Positions 10,201 through 20,068 of a DNA stretch of 64,000 nucleotides are shown piece after piece. The stretch is from a virus. Position 1 is the first letter of the stretch; the number at the start of each line of letters is the position of its first letter. The DNA lies in IMG/VR virus record IMGVR_UViG_3300012677_000092; one strand, 5' to 3'. Position numbers and translations under genes: made by a program. The notes below the pieces were generated by a model that worked only from the letters and a program-made list of their open reading frames with translations, did no database searches and was not told where the DNA came from.

Positions 10201-11556
10201 ATCAATTCCAAGCAATGTCAGGATTCCGTTGGATATCCCAGTTCCGAGGCCTTTGCCTATGTCGCCCATCTTTTCTGCAACCATTGTTTTTCCGGTACCT
10301 TCCCACCATTCAGAAAACGGGTTTCCTATCAATTCATCCCAAGCAATTTTAATTTTTCCAAATAAATCAGCATCTTGAAATTCCTGGGTGTTCATCAAGG
10401 CAGATACTTTTTCTATCATGCCAGTGACCTTATTGACTACAGAATCAGCAAAATCACCTACACTCTTTTCAATATTTTCTGCCATCTGTGCAATCAATTC
10501 AGGGTTTTCTTTCCTCCACTGACGGAATTTCTCAAGGACCGGAGTAATTGCTGAGGTCAAACCGCTGCCGATTGGTTTCATAATATTGTTCGTCACAAAG
10601 GATTTTACCCCCAATAGCAAGTTGCTAAGGTTTCCTGACATCTTTTCCATCATTCCGTCAAAGCGTGAAAACTCTTTGGTTGCCTCTGGCCATATCTCCG
10701 TTATGCTTTTTCCGGATTTTGCAAGTTCTTCCAACCGTGTCCGAGCCTCTCCATTAATGGCTCCCATCTCCTGTAAGCGGCTTGTCATTTCCCCTATGGC
10801 ATTACCGGAGGACATTGCATCATATAATCGGCCGACCCATAAAGCTACGTCTCCAAACTCCTGCTTGGTGCCTGAAGCTATATCACCAACCATTTTCAGT
10901 CCTTCCCCTGTACTCAGGGTATCCCCGGTAAACACTTGCAGCACTCTGGATGCCTCGTATATTTCATCACGGGTATATGGCGTACTGCCAGCAAATGTTG
11001 TAAGCTCATCCACTCGTTGCTTGGCAGCATCGGCGCTTCCAAGTAGGACCTCGAACGCCGTTTCTACACTCTGTTGTTCCATAATCAACTTTAAGGGCAT
11101 TACGATGCCACCGGCAAAGCTAAGACCGAGGCCGAACATGCCTAAGACAGAATTTAGCCCTGACAAGATGCTCCGAATTGGGCTTGTTACCTTGTCAAGA
11201 ACCCCTACCGTTATTCTCCATGCTCTGCCTGCCAGGCTTCCAACAGTGCTTTTGATTTTATCAATGACGGGAGATGCACGATCCTTGGCTTCAACGAGCA
11301 ACTGGTATTTCTGTTTAACCCAGCCTGTCAAAGACTTTTGTGTCTTTTCAGCTGTCTTATCAAATGCGGATACCTTACTGCTCGCACTGCTAAAGGACTC
11401 TGACATGGACCTGCTGGAGTTTCTAACCTGATTGCTTGCCTTTACTGCACGTTGTTCTAATTTATCAAGTTTCCGGATTATATTATCCAGATCATCCGTA
11501 TTGTCTATTACCTCAATCGGTATCTCAATCCTTATTATCTCTGCCAAAAAATACAC
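7282..11556 (-). CDS. Tape measure protein
   Basis: 1424 aa, Ala/Gly-rich, FEVLLGSADAAKQRVDELTTFA..TP tape-measure motif. Confidence 0.93.
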   Translation of the reverse strand: MYFLAEIIRIEIPIEVIDNTDDLDNIIRKLDKLEQRAVKASNQVRNSSRSMSESFSSASSKVSAFDKTAEKTQKSLTGWVKQKYQLLVEAKDRASPVIDKIKSTVGSLAGRAWRITVGVLDKVTSPIRSILSGLNSVLGMFGLGLSFAGGIVMPLKLIMEQQSVETAFEVLLGSADAAKQRVDELTTFAGSTPYTRDEIYEASRVLQVFTGDTLSTGEGLKMVGDIASGTKQEFGDVALWVGRLYDAMSSGNAIGEMTSRLQEMGAINGEARTRLEELAKSGKSITEIWPEATKEFSRFDGMMEKMSGNLSNLLLGVKSFVTNNIMKPIGSGLTSAITPVLEKFRQWRKENPELIAQMAENIEKSVGDFADSVVNKVTGMIEKVSALMNTQEFQDADLFGKIKIAWDELIGNPFSEWWEGTGKTMVAEKMGDIGKGLGTGISNGILTLLGIDVSGVEGEATSIGASFAKGFAEGFDGEAVKEAVMNAIKGIFSSAGKILPGGESPDISSWISAALIAKAASPLLSMGKGAFSIGKAVTGSATGGLLGKVIGSASTGAEIAGTGMMTGSGLMGGLASIGAKLGGAGVASSGAGLAALGAGSVAGGVAAAATLFSSFKDYKEAFTTDDTKKSKVYQDSGAAKLAGVGAGAAIGTMILPGVGTLVGAGIGGIVGYLGGEKIKENYEEELRKAEAAEEFKAAMAADAAKRLAISQEKAKYETKEMKQAVEDVANGLITSEQASQILSEQVGKNLKSHFGDIELSMQEIAELSEKLVYGDKIQEFERFSEAAEKTEQSMVNLKSTISSIDKLNWKAGLGLKLNDTEIDSYKAGMDELVQNALTYLEDKHYEAKVSIDLLFGTDGNPEFMSGIDETYATIQEELNGYGNELSKAVSSALEDGIIDVDEQKIISEYQEKIMGIMNQISNAENEAKLNVLELKFGGAGMTVDSFKQLQGGLQEYKTNAEAGYLQAAETAYTNLNYERSQRAGTDNPMDLEEYNTKWQEINAAYDQNIADMNTRMENFQLDAIANAYAKELDGILPEMKGSTSEKLGAAMKEAMANGVDPTTWGTEEGLSSAVEWLGLENLGTETQQAIAEMMGELAKSMPEDIFKELMGDKLDTEWLTSDLVTKLNNLDLLTFDGLGENVVSAIKDSILAKTSAESFEEITGPLGTSIGNGIGSAISNTDMSPINSAIDGLKSNTGTAIDAAYAPGFNTTTGVTITADYKLANPTATISFSGGGSGTATVNASIASNAEGSIVNGPLLSWVGEDGPEAIIPLGSKRRGRGLSLWEKAGELLGVKKYANGGVIGQTSSNSLSNNEDLNYISKAISSQPRGYKEFSDLYGEDETPDYAGGQSGSNVSPNTGGMGGIQISVNMSPTFEISGEQASDESSIVSVLKSHIREMADELGDELAERLQKVFNNMPTKEA

Positions 11557-11717
11557 CCCCCTTTCTTTTCTTTTGCTTCCCTTTCAATCTTTGCTACTAT
11601 GCTGGCAAACATAAAGGCTCTTATGTTCGGCGGCTTTGCATAGTATTCATCCAGAGTGACTCCTGTCCTTACAAACAATTCGGACAACACGTACATACGG
11701 CCGCCCGAATCTATTAG
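11535..11717 (-). CDS. -1 frameshift extension of tail assembly chaperone (gpGT equivalent), not in ORF track
   Basis: Open -1 frame LIDSGGRMYVLSELFVRTGVTLDEYYAKPPNIRAFMFASIVAKIERE... running to the TMP start. Confidence 0.8.
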   Translation of the reverse strand, partial: LIDSGGRMYVLSELFVRTGVTLDEYYAKPPNIRAFMFASIVAKIEREAKEKKGGCIFWQR

Positions 11718-12232
11718 TTTTTTATTACTTCCTCTAAATCAGAATCATATCCGGAAATCTGGTCAATGACGTTAATAACCCGGTCTTTTTCTCCTGCAAA
11801 CAAAACGGCATCTATCACGTCCGTACCCGTAAGTATCTGTTTACCACCGGCACTTAAAGCGGACCAGACTTTCTGATTGTCCCATAGCTTTTCCCTGTCT
11901 TCTTCCACCGTTGCGGTATATATCAAGGAACTACGGTATTTCACGCTGTCCGTGTTTTCCGGCATCTTCATTCCAAGGTGTTTATTTCTCACGTATTTCG
12001 TATTTTTATTCTTGCATTTATCGTACTCCTCATCATCAAGAGGGCGCACCCTGAATGCGAATAAGACCTTTCCCCCTCTTGCTATCTCAATATTTTTTGT
12101 ACAATCTTCATCAATTCCGGCTGCCTGAAGCAAACCGGAAATAATATCTTCTTCACTCATCAAAATTTGATTCTTTGTTTGTTCTTCCGTATACTCTTCA
12201 TCTACCACTTCAATCTTCTCTTTATCTGCCAT
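11714..12232 (-). CDS. Tail assembly chaperone (XkdN-like, gpG equivalent)
   Basis: Between tube and tape measure; ends in A-AAA-AAC slippery heptamer before TAA. Confidence 0.85.
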   Translation of the reverse strand: MADKEKIEVVDEEYTEEQTKNQILMSEEDIISGLLQAAGIDEDCTKNIEIARGGKVLFAFRVRPLDDEEYDKCKNKNTKYVRNKHLGMKMPENTDSVKYRSSLIYTATVEEDREKLWDNQKVWSALSAGGKQILTGTDVIDAVLFAGEKDRVINVIDQISGYDSDLEEVIKN

Positions 12233-12292
12233 AAAATTTCCCTCCAAACCGGAAAGGGACACCTGGTATTCAGGCATCCCTTAGTCAACATG

Positions 12293-12754
12293 TTATTTCC
12301 TCAACTTTTTCTGTAAGTTCGGGGTAGCGTTACACTGGAATGTCCATGAACGCTTAACCAACTCACCCGGCGTAACATTCTGTAAATCAATGTCGCCATT
12401 CGGAACGCAATTACGATATACTATACGCTCTTCCGAGCCGTTGTCTCCTTTCAGGACTCCTGTGAAATTCCATTCCGGCACAACGCCAGTGTCCATAAAC
12501 TTCATAAACTCCTGAATCAGAGTGTCATCCTCCACAACATACTGACTGAACGTTAGTGTAACCGCCGTACCATTTACTATGTTTTGTGCATTCAAAACCC
12601 CTACCGGCTTATACTCTGTCGTAGACACGTTTACTTTACTTGAAAACGTATCTACCGTGGCCAGCATTTGACCTTTGCCGTTGTATAAAGCTCCATCTTT
12701 ACCTGCACGTGCGCTTCGTGCATCTACTACTGCTTGCGTATTAACAATAGGCAT
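12293..12754 (-). CDS. Tail tube protein (XkdM-like)
   Basis: 153 aa after sheath; ERIVYRNCVPNGDIDL motif. Confidence 0.85.
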   Translation of the reverse strand: MPIVNTQAVVDARSARAGKDGALYNGKGQMLATVDTFSSKVNVSTTEYKPVGVLNAQNIVNGTAVTLTFSQYVVEDDTLIQEFMKFMDTGVVPEWNFTGVLKGDNGSEERIVYRNCVPNGDIDLQNVTPGELVKRSWTFQCNATPNLQKKLRK

Positions 12755-12776
12755 ATTCTTTCACTCCTTCCTATTC

Positions 12777-14177
12777 TTATGCTGAGACATTTGTGCTGAA
12801 CTGGAACCGGAACGTAAAGTAGATCTTTTCCGCAGATTCCTTGTCAATCACATCCATGCCAAAATATGCGTAGTTTCCATCCGACTGTATATCCGTGCCT
12901 TCGTATGCGGTACCGGATGTCAGGCTGCCCTCTGAAATCATGTTATTAATGATTCCCTGTGCAACTGATACAATTGCGGCCCGGCCATCCGCATCATTAT
13001 CAACCTCACCCACCAATTCATCTGCTGCCGTCATGGAACGCTCAATTAATTCCGAACGTGTCTTTACCCTGCGGATTGTCTTCCAACCATCATCCAGGTT
13101 TTCTGCCGGATTAATCAAGGTGTTTATTCCGCAATCCAGCCAGATTTCTTTGTTGCTACTTAGCGTAATGGCAATGCAGCCTTTCAAAGGTGCCGCATTC
13201 AGTACCGCAATCGGCACATTTTCCAGTAGTTCCGTTGCTCCAATCAGAACCTTATGCGTCATGGAATATTTGCATTGATAAGAAGATACCAAGCCTGCCA
13301 CCATTGCGGCCGTCTGGTATCCGTCAATAACTTCTCCATTTACCCTAACCTTTGGATTCAGTACATAATGCATAAGGTAATCATTAAACTCGACCGCATG
13401 CGCCATCTTGTCTTCATATGTTAAACTTGCGGTTGTCTTTTCAGCTACAAATGCAAGCGCAAACCTTGCGTTATCTGCAAGTCTTCGGACAAACGCTTGC
13501 AGCAATGCATGTACAGCCACGTCTTCCGTATCCACGACCATTACGTTCATCTTCCGGCTTTCCAACGCCTCAAACCCTGCACTGTAGGAATCAACCGTAA
13601 CTGTAGGGTTTGTGCCGGCAGTAAATGCACTTTGTGATACTGCTGCTATCGTACTTGTTCCATCCGGAGCCGTTTTCGTAAAACTAAACTTCTCTGATAC
13701 GGCCATTGCTTCTGCCAGTGCGGCCGCTTCATCACCGCCCTGCTCAATTTCATACTTTTCAAAAATCTTTGTCCCGTCATAAATAATAATTTCTTTTTTG
13801 GTTGCTTCCGTCAGTTTTTCCCTTACGGTAAGCGTGAAAGATTTCTCACCTACATATCTTGCAGTAATCGTTCCAATTCCTGTAAGAGTTAGCTTGGATT
13901 CCGAACCACCACTGCCTATGCGACAAGCAAGAACGGATACCGCACCACCCAGGAACAGATACTTGATTACATCCGTAGTCAGGGCATTTCCAAATACCTC
14001 CGTATAGTTGTTTTTCGTCACTTCAACCACAGTGTTTAACGGACCGAAGTCCGCTTTAAAGACACAACCGCCAATTCCTAAAATGGAGTCGGTACCAGTG
14101 GCATAATCCGTCCTGTCAACATTGTAATATGCCCCAGGCCTTGTTTTTGTCTCTCCGACATAAAATACTTCACCCAT
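12777..14177 (-). CDS. Tail sheath protein
   Basis: KTRPGAY N-terminus, GINTL...W..IRRVKTR, acidic/aromatic C-terminus. Confidence 0.9.
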   Translation of the reverse strand: MGEVFYVGETKTRPGAYYNVDRTDYATGTDSILGIGGCVFKADFGPLNTVVEVTKNNYTEVFGNALTTDVIKYLFLGGAVSVLACRIGSGGSESKLTLTGIGTITARYVGEKSFTLTVREKLTEATKKEIIIYDGTKIFEKYEIEQGGDEAAALAEAMAVSEKFSFTKTAPDGTSTIAAVSQSAFTAGTNPTVTVDSYSAGFEALESRKMNVMVVDTEDVAVHALLQAFVRRLADNARFALAFVAEKTTASLTYEDKMAHAVEFNDYLMHYVLNPKVRVNGEVIDGYQTAAMVAGLVSSYQCKYSMTHKVLIGATELLENVPIAVLNAAPLKGCIAITLSSNKEIWLDCGINTLINPAENLDDGWKTIRRVKTRSELIERSMTAADELVGEVDNDADGRAAIVSVAQGIINNMISEGSLTSGTAYEGTDIQSDGNYAYFGMDVIDKESAEKIYFTFRFQFSTNVSA

Positions 14178-14179
14178 CC

Positions 14180-14443
14180 CTATTTAACCTCCTTATTCCG
14201 AAAATCATTCACAATTTTCTTTGCTTCACTTACCGTTGTCTCTGTCTTACCTGCGATTTTGAATGCCGCAATGATGCATTCCGGTCTCACCCTTTTACCA
14301 AATACTGTTGTTCTGGCAGCAAGGAAATCCTCAACCGTATAAACAGATTCTTCCGGAATCTGAACATCCGCATCGGTGGCTTTTCTCTGCGTCCCCGATT
14401 TTGTGCCAGTTTCCTTTTTGCCTGTTTCTTTTTCATCTGCCAT
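14180..14443 (-). CDS. Small phage protein upstream of sheath
   Basis: RBS and synteny. Confidence 0.6.
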   Translation of the reverse strand: MADEKETGKKETGTKSGTQRKATDADVQIPEESVYTVEDFLAARTTVFGKRVRPECIIAAFKIAGKTETTVSEAKKIVNDFRNKEVK

Positions 14444-14448
14444 TTGTT

Positions 14449-15321
14449 CTATCCTCCTATATTTTCATTTTCTACACCATGAAGTTCAATACCTTTGCTT
14501 TTGTAACGTAGCAATCCATAATGGCAAACCGCCATAATCTGCCCTTCAGTAAGATAGTCAGCCTTGTTGTTTGCAACCAGGCGTTTCATCCTCATGGGTG
14601 AGCCGTCCAACATCTTCACCTGACCGTCAAGGGACAGCTTGTTTGTCAGACCGGCAATCATCTTTTGCCTTATTTGTGCATCCGGATAAATTACATGTAT
14701 CCCAATCTTGCAATCCATCCACACGACTGTATTGGTTTCCAACCCCTTTTCCATATTTTCAACACGACAGTAAAATACAGGCTTTTCAGATGCGACAGTA
14801 TATTCTTCCAGTGTATCCAGACCAATCACAACGGTATCAGGGTACTGACCTTTGATAAACACCAGCATTGCCATAATCGGGTCTGGGTCAGTAGTTTCCT
14901 GACTCGGATATTCCAGGATATCAAATCGGATATCCACACCCTGTACGACTGCTCCTGCGGAATCAAATTCAAACCCATCCGTTCTCGCCCAGGTAAAACA
15001 ATAAGGCGCCTCATTATCCGGCTTCATCAGCACGTCTTTCAGGCACCTTTTTATTTCATCTTCAAGATCATAGATTATGGTTGAACTTCTATCGCAATAT
15101 AAGGCTACGTTTAACATACCTACACTGGAACGCTCTTTATTCACCTGCATGTCATATGTGTAACATATCCGTGGATACTGCTGATTCCCATTCCATCCCT
15201 GCTGCTTATCATCAGGAATTATCTTGTGGAAAATAGCCGGCTGTCCACAATACTTAGCCATTTTCGATGCTATGGACTCGTTATTTACAAACCAACCATT
15301 AATTAATTTTTTTAGCGTCAT
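14449..15321 (-). CDS. Tail terminator/completion-like protein
   Basis: Position between neck and sheath genes. Confidence 0.5.
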   Translation of the reverse strand: MTLKKLINGWFVNNESIASKMAKYCGQPAIFHKIIPDDKQQGWNGNQQYPRICYTYDMQVNKERSSVGMLNVALYCDRSSTIIYDLEDEIKRCLKDVLMKPDNEAPYCFTWARTDGFEFDSAGAVVQGVDIRFDILEYPSQETTDPDPIMAMLVFIKGQYPDTVVIGLDTLEEYTVASEKPVFYCRVENMEKGLETNTVVWMDCKIGIHVIYPDAQIRQKMIAGLTNKLSLDGQVKMLDGSPMRMKRLVANNKADYLTEGQIMAVCHYGLLRYKSKGIELHGVENENIGG

Positions 15322-15325
15322 ATCA

Positions 15326-15634
15326 TTACCTCAAATTAAGATCAGCCAAATGGTTCAATGCCGATTCCTCTGATTCAAACACTTCTACACTTTCAAGATT
15401 ATTTGACCATCGAATGTCCCATTTCAAGTCAGTTACTTCTTCGACGGGGATTATAAAGTGATTTGTGACATTAGAAATACCGGGATGGTACTGCACAATA
15501 ATTTTACTCCTATCCACATGCGTGACAAATCCACTTTTCCCTTCAGGCCACAATTTGTGTTTTCCGTACATGAGCATTCCGCATTTAATACTTGAGATAT
15601 CAAATTGCAGAACTTCATTTTTAACTATTAACAT
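15326..15634 (-). CDS. Hypothetical phage protein
   Basis: GGAG RBS, tightly packed in operon. Confidence 0.55.
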   Translation of the reverse strand: MLIVKNEVLQFDISSIKCGMLMYGKHKLWPEGKSGFVTHVDRSKIIVQYHPGISNVTNHFIIPVEEVTDLKWDIRWSNNLESVEVFESEESALNHLADLNLR

Positions 15635-15643
15635 ACTTTCTCC

Positions 15644-16030
15644 TTATATTGAACTAAAAATACTCATAATTTCCGGTACAGCTCCCTCAGCTATTTTATC
15701 TGCGAAGGGTCGTGCTGCCATCTTCCGGGTACCATCATTTACATACCCGGAATAATACGCACCGCTCTCCAGCGTTGGTACAATAAGTACACCACCTCCG
15801 CCGCCACTGACACCGCCACGAACGCTACCAGTCCATGCAAGCCTTAATCGGCCGCTGCGCCGGCCAGGTGGGCTCCCTGGAGGAGAAGGGCTTGGATTTC
15901 CACTGAGAACCTGCAATTCCGAATTTCTAATGGCATTTACCGCTCTCATTCCATTGGCAACAACTTTATCGTTTTTCTCTTCAACGACTTTCCTTACAGC
16001 TGCTCTCACAGCGGTGCCGGCACCACTCAT
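15644..16030 (-). CDS. HK97 gp10-like neck/tail completion protein
   Basis: PGSPP..RSGRLR..W, YSGYVNDGTRKMAARPF motif. Confidence 0.8.
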   Translation of the reverse strand: MSGAGTAVRAAVRKVVEEKNDKVVANGMRAVNAIRNSELQVLSGNPSPSPPGSPPGRRSGRLRLAWTGSVRGGVSGGGGGVLIVPTLESGAYYSGYVNDGTRKMAARPFADKIAEGAVPEIMSIFSSI

Positions 16031-16392
16031 TTTACATCATTCCTCTCTTCGACATAGTAGATAGTGTTGATACCAAGACTTCCAGGATCATCAACGAGTA
16101 GAACCAAGAACACCCTGTCTCCAAGAATGAGTTTATCTCCTTTTTTTGCAAAAGGTGTTCCACGGCTCACTATTGTATGAGTAAGCGAATGCTGATCCTG
16201 ATCCCATCTGTGTTTCATGCGTTCGCTTTGACCAGTATCAGCATTTGCCAGAATACCTTTTACCAAGTTTTCTGTTTTTTCATACTTTGTGATTGAATCA
16301 CCGTTAATGAAGTCTTCTGTTTTCTTTTCGACTACAAAATCTTTCCACAGATTCCCCGGTCTTAGATACATAAAGTTCATTGGTCCAGTCAT
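16027..16392 (-). CDS. Head closure/head-tail adaptor
   Basis: beta-rich 121 aa, KKGDKLILGDRVFLV; synteny. Confidence 0.65.
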   Translation of the reverse strand: MTGPMNFMYLRPGNLWKDFVVEKKTEDFINGDSITKYEKTENLVKGILANADTGQSERMKHRWDQDQHSLTHTIVSRGTPFAKKGDKLILGDRVFLVLLVDDPGSLGINTIYYVEERNDVK

Positions 16393-16805
16393 GAGTCACA
16401 CCCCACATCTTCCATAGACATCATGCCAGTATAAAAATACGGTGATTTATTTTCAGACTCTCCCAACGATGGTACGGAAATACTATTCTTTTTAATGTCC
16501 TCTTTTAGTGAATTATAGTCTTCACGCCACAGTTTAGCACGTTCACCAAATGAAAATGACAATGGACCAGTCTTAGTGTCAGGCTCATATGCAAAGCGTC
16601 TGCAAATACTTTCAAGACATGCCAGTTTCGCTTTTTTCCACTGTTTAGGCAGTTTAAACATGCTTAATACTACATCATACTCTTCATTTGTAAGGGCGGA
16701 TGTTTCAGCGCCACCCTCAACCATGGTATCACCCAATTCAAACCTCATACGGTCTTTTCCGTTTTCAGAGATTTTTTCTGGTTCATAAGTATAAGTTCCT
16801 GCCAT
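16389..16805 (-). CDS. Head-tail connector protein
   Basis: MRFELGDT...LTNEE motif; synteny. Confidence 0.65.
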   Translation of the reverse strand: MAGTYTYEPEKISENGKDRMRFELGDTMVEGGAETSALTNEEYDVVLSMFKLPKQWKKAKLACLESICRRFAYEPDTKTGPLSFSFGERAKLWREDYNSLKEDIKKNSISVPSLGESENKSPYFYTGMMSMEDVGCDS

Positions 16806-17332
16806 TACGCATCACCTGCGCTTTCCTCCAAATCTTCCATTTTCATTTGACCTGCAGATGTTTCATCCTCTTGATCTGTCTCCGATTCTTTATCCTCTGC
16901 AGGTTGTAACTGGGTCGCTCTTTCCTCCGTCACTATCTTAATTCCTTTTCTGGAATCACAGGCATTCAAGATAATCAATGTGCTTTCATCCTTAATCTCT
17001 GCAATTTCCTTTTCAGCCTCTTTTACGGACAGTTGCATAACACGGATCGCTTCTGCTATTGTCTCTGTACCCACTAATAACACCTGTGTTCCATTTTCTG
17101 TTGTAATAGGTACTGGAATCCGAATTTCGTCTTTTTTCGCTCCATACGGCTCTAATGGAGTGATTGCTTCTGCTACAACATCAAGTAATCCACTGTCAAT
17201 TCCGGTTATATGTCCACTTTTCGTCAGCATTAAGACACGTTCCGGAAGAATTTCTCCCTCCGGAATAATATCACCGCATGCATATGAATTTCTACCTAAA
17301 GATATTGGCTTTTTGCAAACATAACTACTCAT
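16805..17332 (-). CDS. Hypothetical head-associated protein
   Basis: Immediately after capsid gene. Confidence 0.55.
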   Translation of the reverse strand: MSSYVCKKPISLGRNSYACGDIIPEGEILPERVLMLTKSGHITGIDSGLLDVVAEAITPLEPYGAKKDEIRIPVPITTENGTQVLLVGTETIAEAIRVMQLSVKEAEKEIAEIKDESTLIILNACDSRKGIKIVTEERATQLQPAEDKESETDQEDETSAGQMKMEDLEESAGDA

Positions 17333-17344
17333 ATAAGCCTCCTT

Positions 17345-18370
17345 CTATACACAATCTTTAAAGTACATAGCAAGTTCATCCGAGGTTTTTTTCATGTCGT
17401 ATGCAATCAAACCTTCAACAAATTCTGTGTATTCTCCCTTTTCTCCATCATACTGGTTCATTGCGATCCACTGACCAGTCCCCAGCATATCCCAAGTAAA
17501 AATATATCCGGCAGACGGCTCATCGATCTGAGGTGAATTTGTCGTATAAGTAAGTAATGCACCTTTAGAGTCACAGATAAATTGCATATCCTCATCCATT
17601 CCCTCGTCTGCCGCATTATATGTGGAAGACAGGACAGACACCTCTTCAATACCGAACAGTTGGGCCAATACATTTTCATTAATTGTCGCCGGGTTTGGTG
17701 TGCTTCCTGAATATTTTACACGTTCTAAAATATCTGGATGTGCTTTAAGACCAAGGAATGCCTCATAACCTAGAGATAATTTATTCGGCTCCCTTCGTCC
17801 CATAAGTTTCATTTCCTTTTTCTTATTGTCAAAAAAGTGTACCGGATCGAAGTTTGCATCATTGAATTTTAAAAACTGCTTTCCGGAAGGACTTGAAGTT
17901 ACACCTTCATATTCATTTTTCCATGCTCCAGGTTGAAAGAATGTTTCAGCAAAAATACGGTCAAGATGAATATCAATCTGTTCCGTAATCGTACGTACAC
18001 GGGATCTTCTTGGATCAATTGCACCAGGCGAATTTGCTCTTTGAAAATCCAAGGTTCCTATCTGGTCGATTCCTAATCTGATCTGGTCTACCTCACATTT
18101 ATAGGTTTCATCCTTGTGGCCAATGATTGCCGGCGGAACCTTTCCATATGCTGGCTTCCTTGATACATTGTCTCTTGCCAGATCTGCCCTGCTGAATGTG
18201 TAATAGTAACTTGTGGATAACTGCACTGGACAAATCGGCATGATTCTACGTGCCACAAAATCATTTCTGTCTGCAAAAAAAGCCTGTGACATATTGCTTA
18301 GATATGCATTTGGCTTCCATCCCTTTGCAATCATATTCATAATCTGTGATGTGTTAATAATATCTCCCAT
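17345..18370 (-). CDS. Major capsid protein
   Basis: ~341 aa after cement/scaffold genes; start reassigned to ATG 18370. Confidence 0.85.
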   Translation of the reverse strand: MGDIINTSQIMNMIAKGWKPNAYLSNMSQAFFADRNDFVARRIMPICPVQLSTSYYYTFSRADLARDNVSRKPAYGKVPPAIIGHKDETYKCEVDQIRLGIDQIGTLDFQRANSPGAIDPRRSRVRTITEQIDIHLDRIFAETFFQPGAWKNEYEGVTSSPSGKQFLKFNDANFDPVHFFDNKKKEMKLMGRREPNKLSLGYEAFLGLKAHPDILERVKYSGSTPNPATINENVLAQLFGIEEVSVLSSTYNAADEGMDEDMQFICDSKGALLTYTTNSPQIDEPSAGYIFTWDMLGTGQWIAMNQYDGEKGEYTEFVEGLIAYDMKKTSDELAMYFKDCV

Positions 18371-18383
18371 AATATTTCCCCCC

Positions 18384-18779
18384 CTATGCTGGCTTGTATC
18401 CTGCTTTAACAATTTGCACTTTTAAAATAGTTCCTTCTTCTACTGCTGCACTTAATGCTACGGCTATAATGAAGTCCCCTGAAGCGGCTTTTACGGCTCT
18501 CCCTGAAGCATCAGAAGTCAATTCATCACCAGGAATAACTTCCCCGCCAGCAACCCATCTTCCCATTTCTTTTACCTGAACACTCACCTGTTCATCTGCA
18601 TCAACCTTTTCATTTGTATCAGCAACCAGGATTCCAATGGCATTTTCTCCGGCGCCGCATAAAACTGCTTTCCCATTGGCGTCAAATTTTACCGCCAATG
18701 CTCTTGATTTTTCCAACTCATCCGCTGTATTCATAACAATGGTTGCGGAATCATTAATACCTGTTCCAATATACTGCAT
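18384..18779 (-). CDS. Capsid cement/decoration protein (DUF2190-like)
   Basis: GDELTSDASGRAVKA...IAVAL motif. Confidence 0.75.
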   Translation of the reverse strand: MQYIGTGINDSATIVMNTADELEKSRALAVKFDANGKAVLCGAGENAIGILVADTNEKVDADEQVSVQVKEMGRWVAGGEVIPGDELTSDASGRAVKAASGDFIIAVALSAAVEEGTILKVQIVKAGYKPA

Positions 18780-18794
18780 ACTCTCTTCCTCCTC

Positions 18795-19994
18795 TTATAA
18801 ACTTTCTTCATACTCACGTAACAGGGCGGGATTCTGCTCACACGCTTTTGTGATTGCATGCGACCTCGTAATATTCGGGGACGCTTTCATAATTTCATCC
18901 GCTTTCTTTTCGATTTTGCCCCATGCATCCGGTTCTGCTCCACCATGGCCACCGCTTTTTCCTATTTCGGAAAATGCCCCCGATTGCTCTGCCATTTCCA
19001 ATGCCGAGTCCAGAACCCCTATCATGTCATTGTAAGCTGTCCCTCCTGCTGCCTTTAAACTTTTCAACGTTGGAACTAATTCTTCCGGTTTCTTGCCAAT
19101 CAATTCGTATTTTTTAGCAATGTCAAAAAGTTCTTTTTCCTCGGCTTCATCGGAACGCTTTCTAAGCATTTTTAGTTCCGTAGCTACTGCAGGGTGTAAC
19201 CCTTTGTAAATATCTTCATCTACCGGATTTTGTGGTTCCTCTGTCAACGATACAGTTCCCTGTGGAATAGCATGAGCTGTTTTTGCTACAGGGTCCTCCT
19301 TTGCTCCATCTCCTTTACCATCTTCGATATCTTCTGTATCAACCCCATACTTTTTAATTATTTCTTCATAAGCGGCAACCTCTTCCGAGCTCATTTTAGA
19401 TTTGTCAATCTTAATCATTTCTCCTAAATCTCCTTTCAATTTTTGAATTTGTTCTTTTGATTCTTTAGCCTTCTGAATTGATTTATCAAGGTTTTCACGT
19501 ATATGTTCCAGAACCTCAGTATCCAATTCAGTGGCAACATTACCCTTTTTCATTACACCGGTAGATTTGCCAAGAGACCAGCTATTAATCGCTGTAGCAA
19601 TATACTCATCAAACTCTTCAACACTCTTTTGCATCATATCGCTTGCCGCCGCACTATCCATTTCCTCATCATTCAGAATTGACATTAAGGAAGAGTGCAG
19701 TGCGAAACACAAATCCCACATTTCATCTGCTATTTTTCGGCGTTTTACTTCATCCATCTTCTCGCCGAAGCTTTCAGCATCACCCCTCTTCTCAATTCTC
19801 TCTGAATGAATCCCCAAGGCTTTCCCAATATAGTCAGTAATGCGTTTTAAAAGTGTCTCTGGTACCTCTTCAATAGGTTCTTCTGATGACGTTTCCCCAT
19901 TTCGCTTGTATAACTTTACATGAGCTTCTGGATTTGCTCCGGCATCCACAAAATCTACCTTTGTAATATTTAGGTTTTTTAGTTTTTTCGCCAT
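18795..19994 (-). CDS. Capsid scaffold protein with N-terminal protease-like strand
   Basis: VDFVDAGANPEA N-terminus followed by long acidic coiled coil. Confidence 0.65.
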   Translation of the reverse strand: MAKKLKNLNITKVDFVDAGANPEAHVKLYKRNGETSSEEPIEEVPETLLKRITDYIGKALGIHSERIEKRGDAESFGEKMDEVKRRKIADEMWDLCFALHSSLMSILNDEEMDSAAASDMMQKSVEEFDEYIATAINSWSLGKSTGVMKKGNVATELDTEVLEHIRENLDKSIQKAKESKEQIQKLKGDLGEMIKIDKSKMSSEEVAAYEEIIKKYGVDTEDIEDGKGDGAKEDPVAKTAHAIPQGTVSLTEEPQNPVDEDIYKGLHPAVATELKMLRKRSDEAEEKELFDIAKKYELIGKKPEELVPTLKSLKAAGGTAYNDMIGVLDSALEMAEQSGAFSEIGKSGGHGGAEPDAWGKIEKKADEIMKASPNITRSHAITKACEQNPALLREYEESL

Positions 19995-20013
19995 TTGGCT
20001 CCGTTCCTCCTTT

Positions 20014-20056
20014 CATAGATTTTTATAAAACAAAAAAGTACCCAAATCAGGTACCT
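20014..20056 (-). terminator. Intrinsic terminator after the DUF2829 gene
   Basis: Minus strand ggtacc-tgatttg-ggtact stem followed by T-run. Confidence 0.5.
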
Positions 20057-20068
20057 TCTGAATTACCT

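Noticed and set aside
7961-11431. Long + strand ORFs (e.g. 7961-8629, 10586-11431) opposite the tape measure gene
   Set aside because: Antisense shadows of a biased coding strand; no RBS or recognisable motifs.
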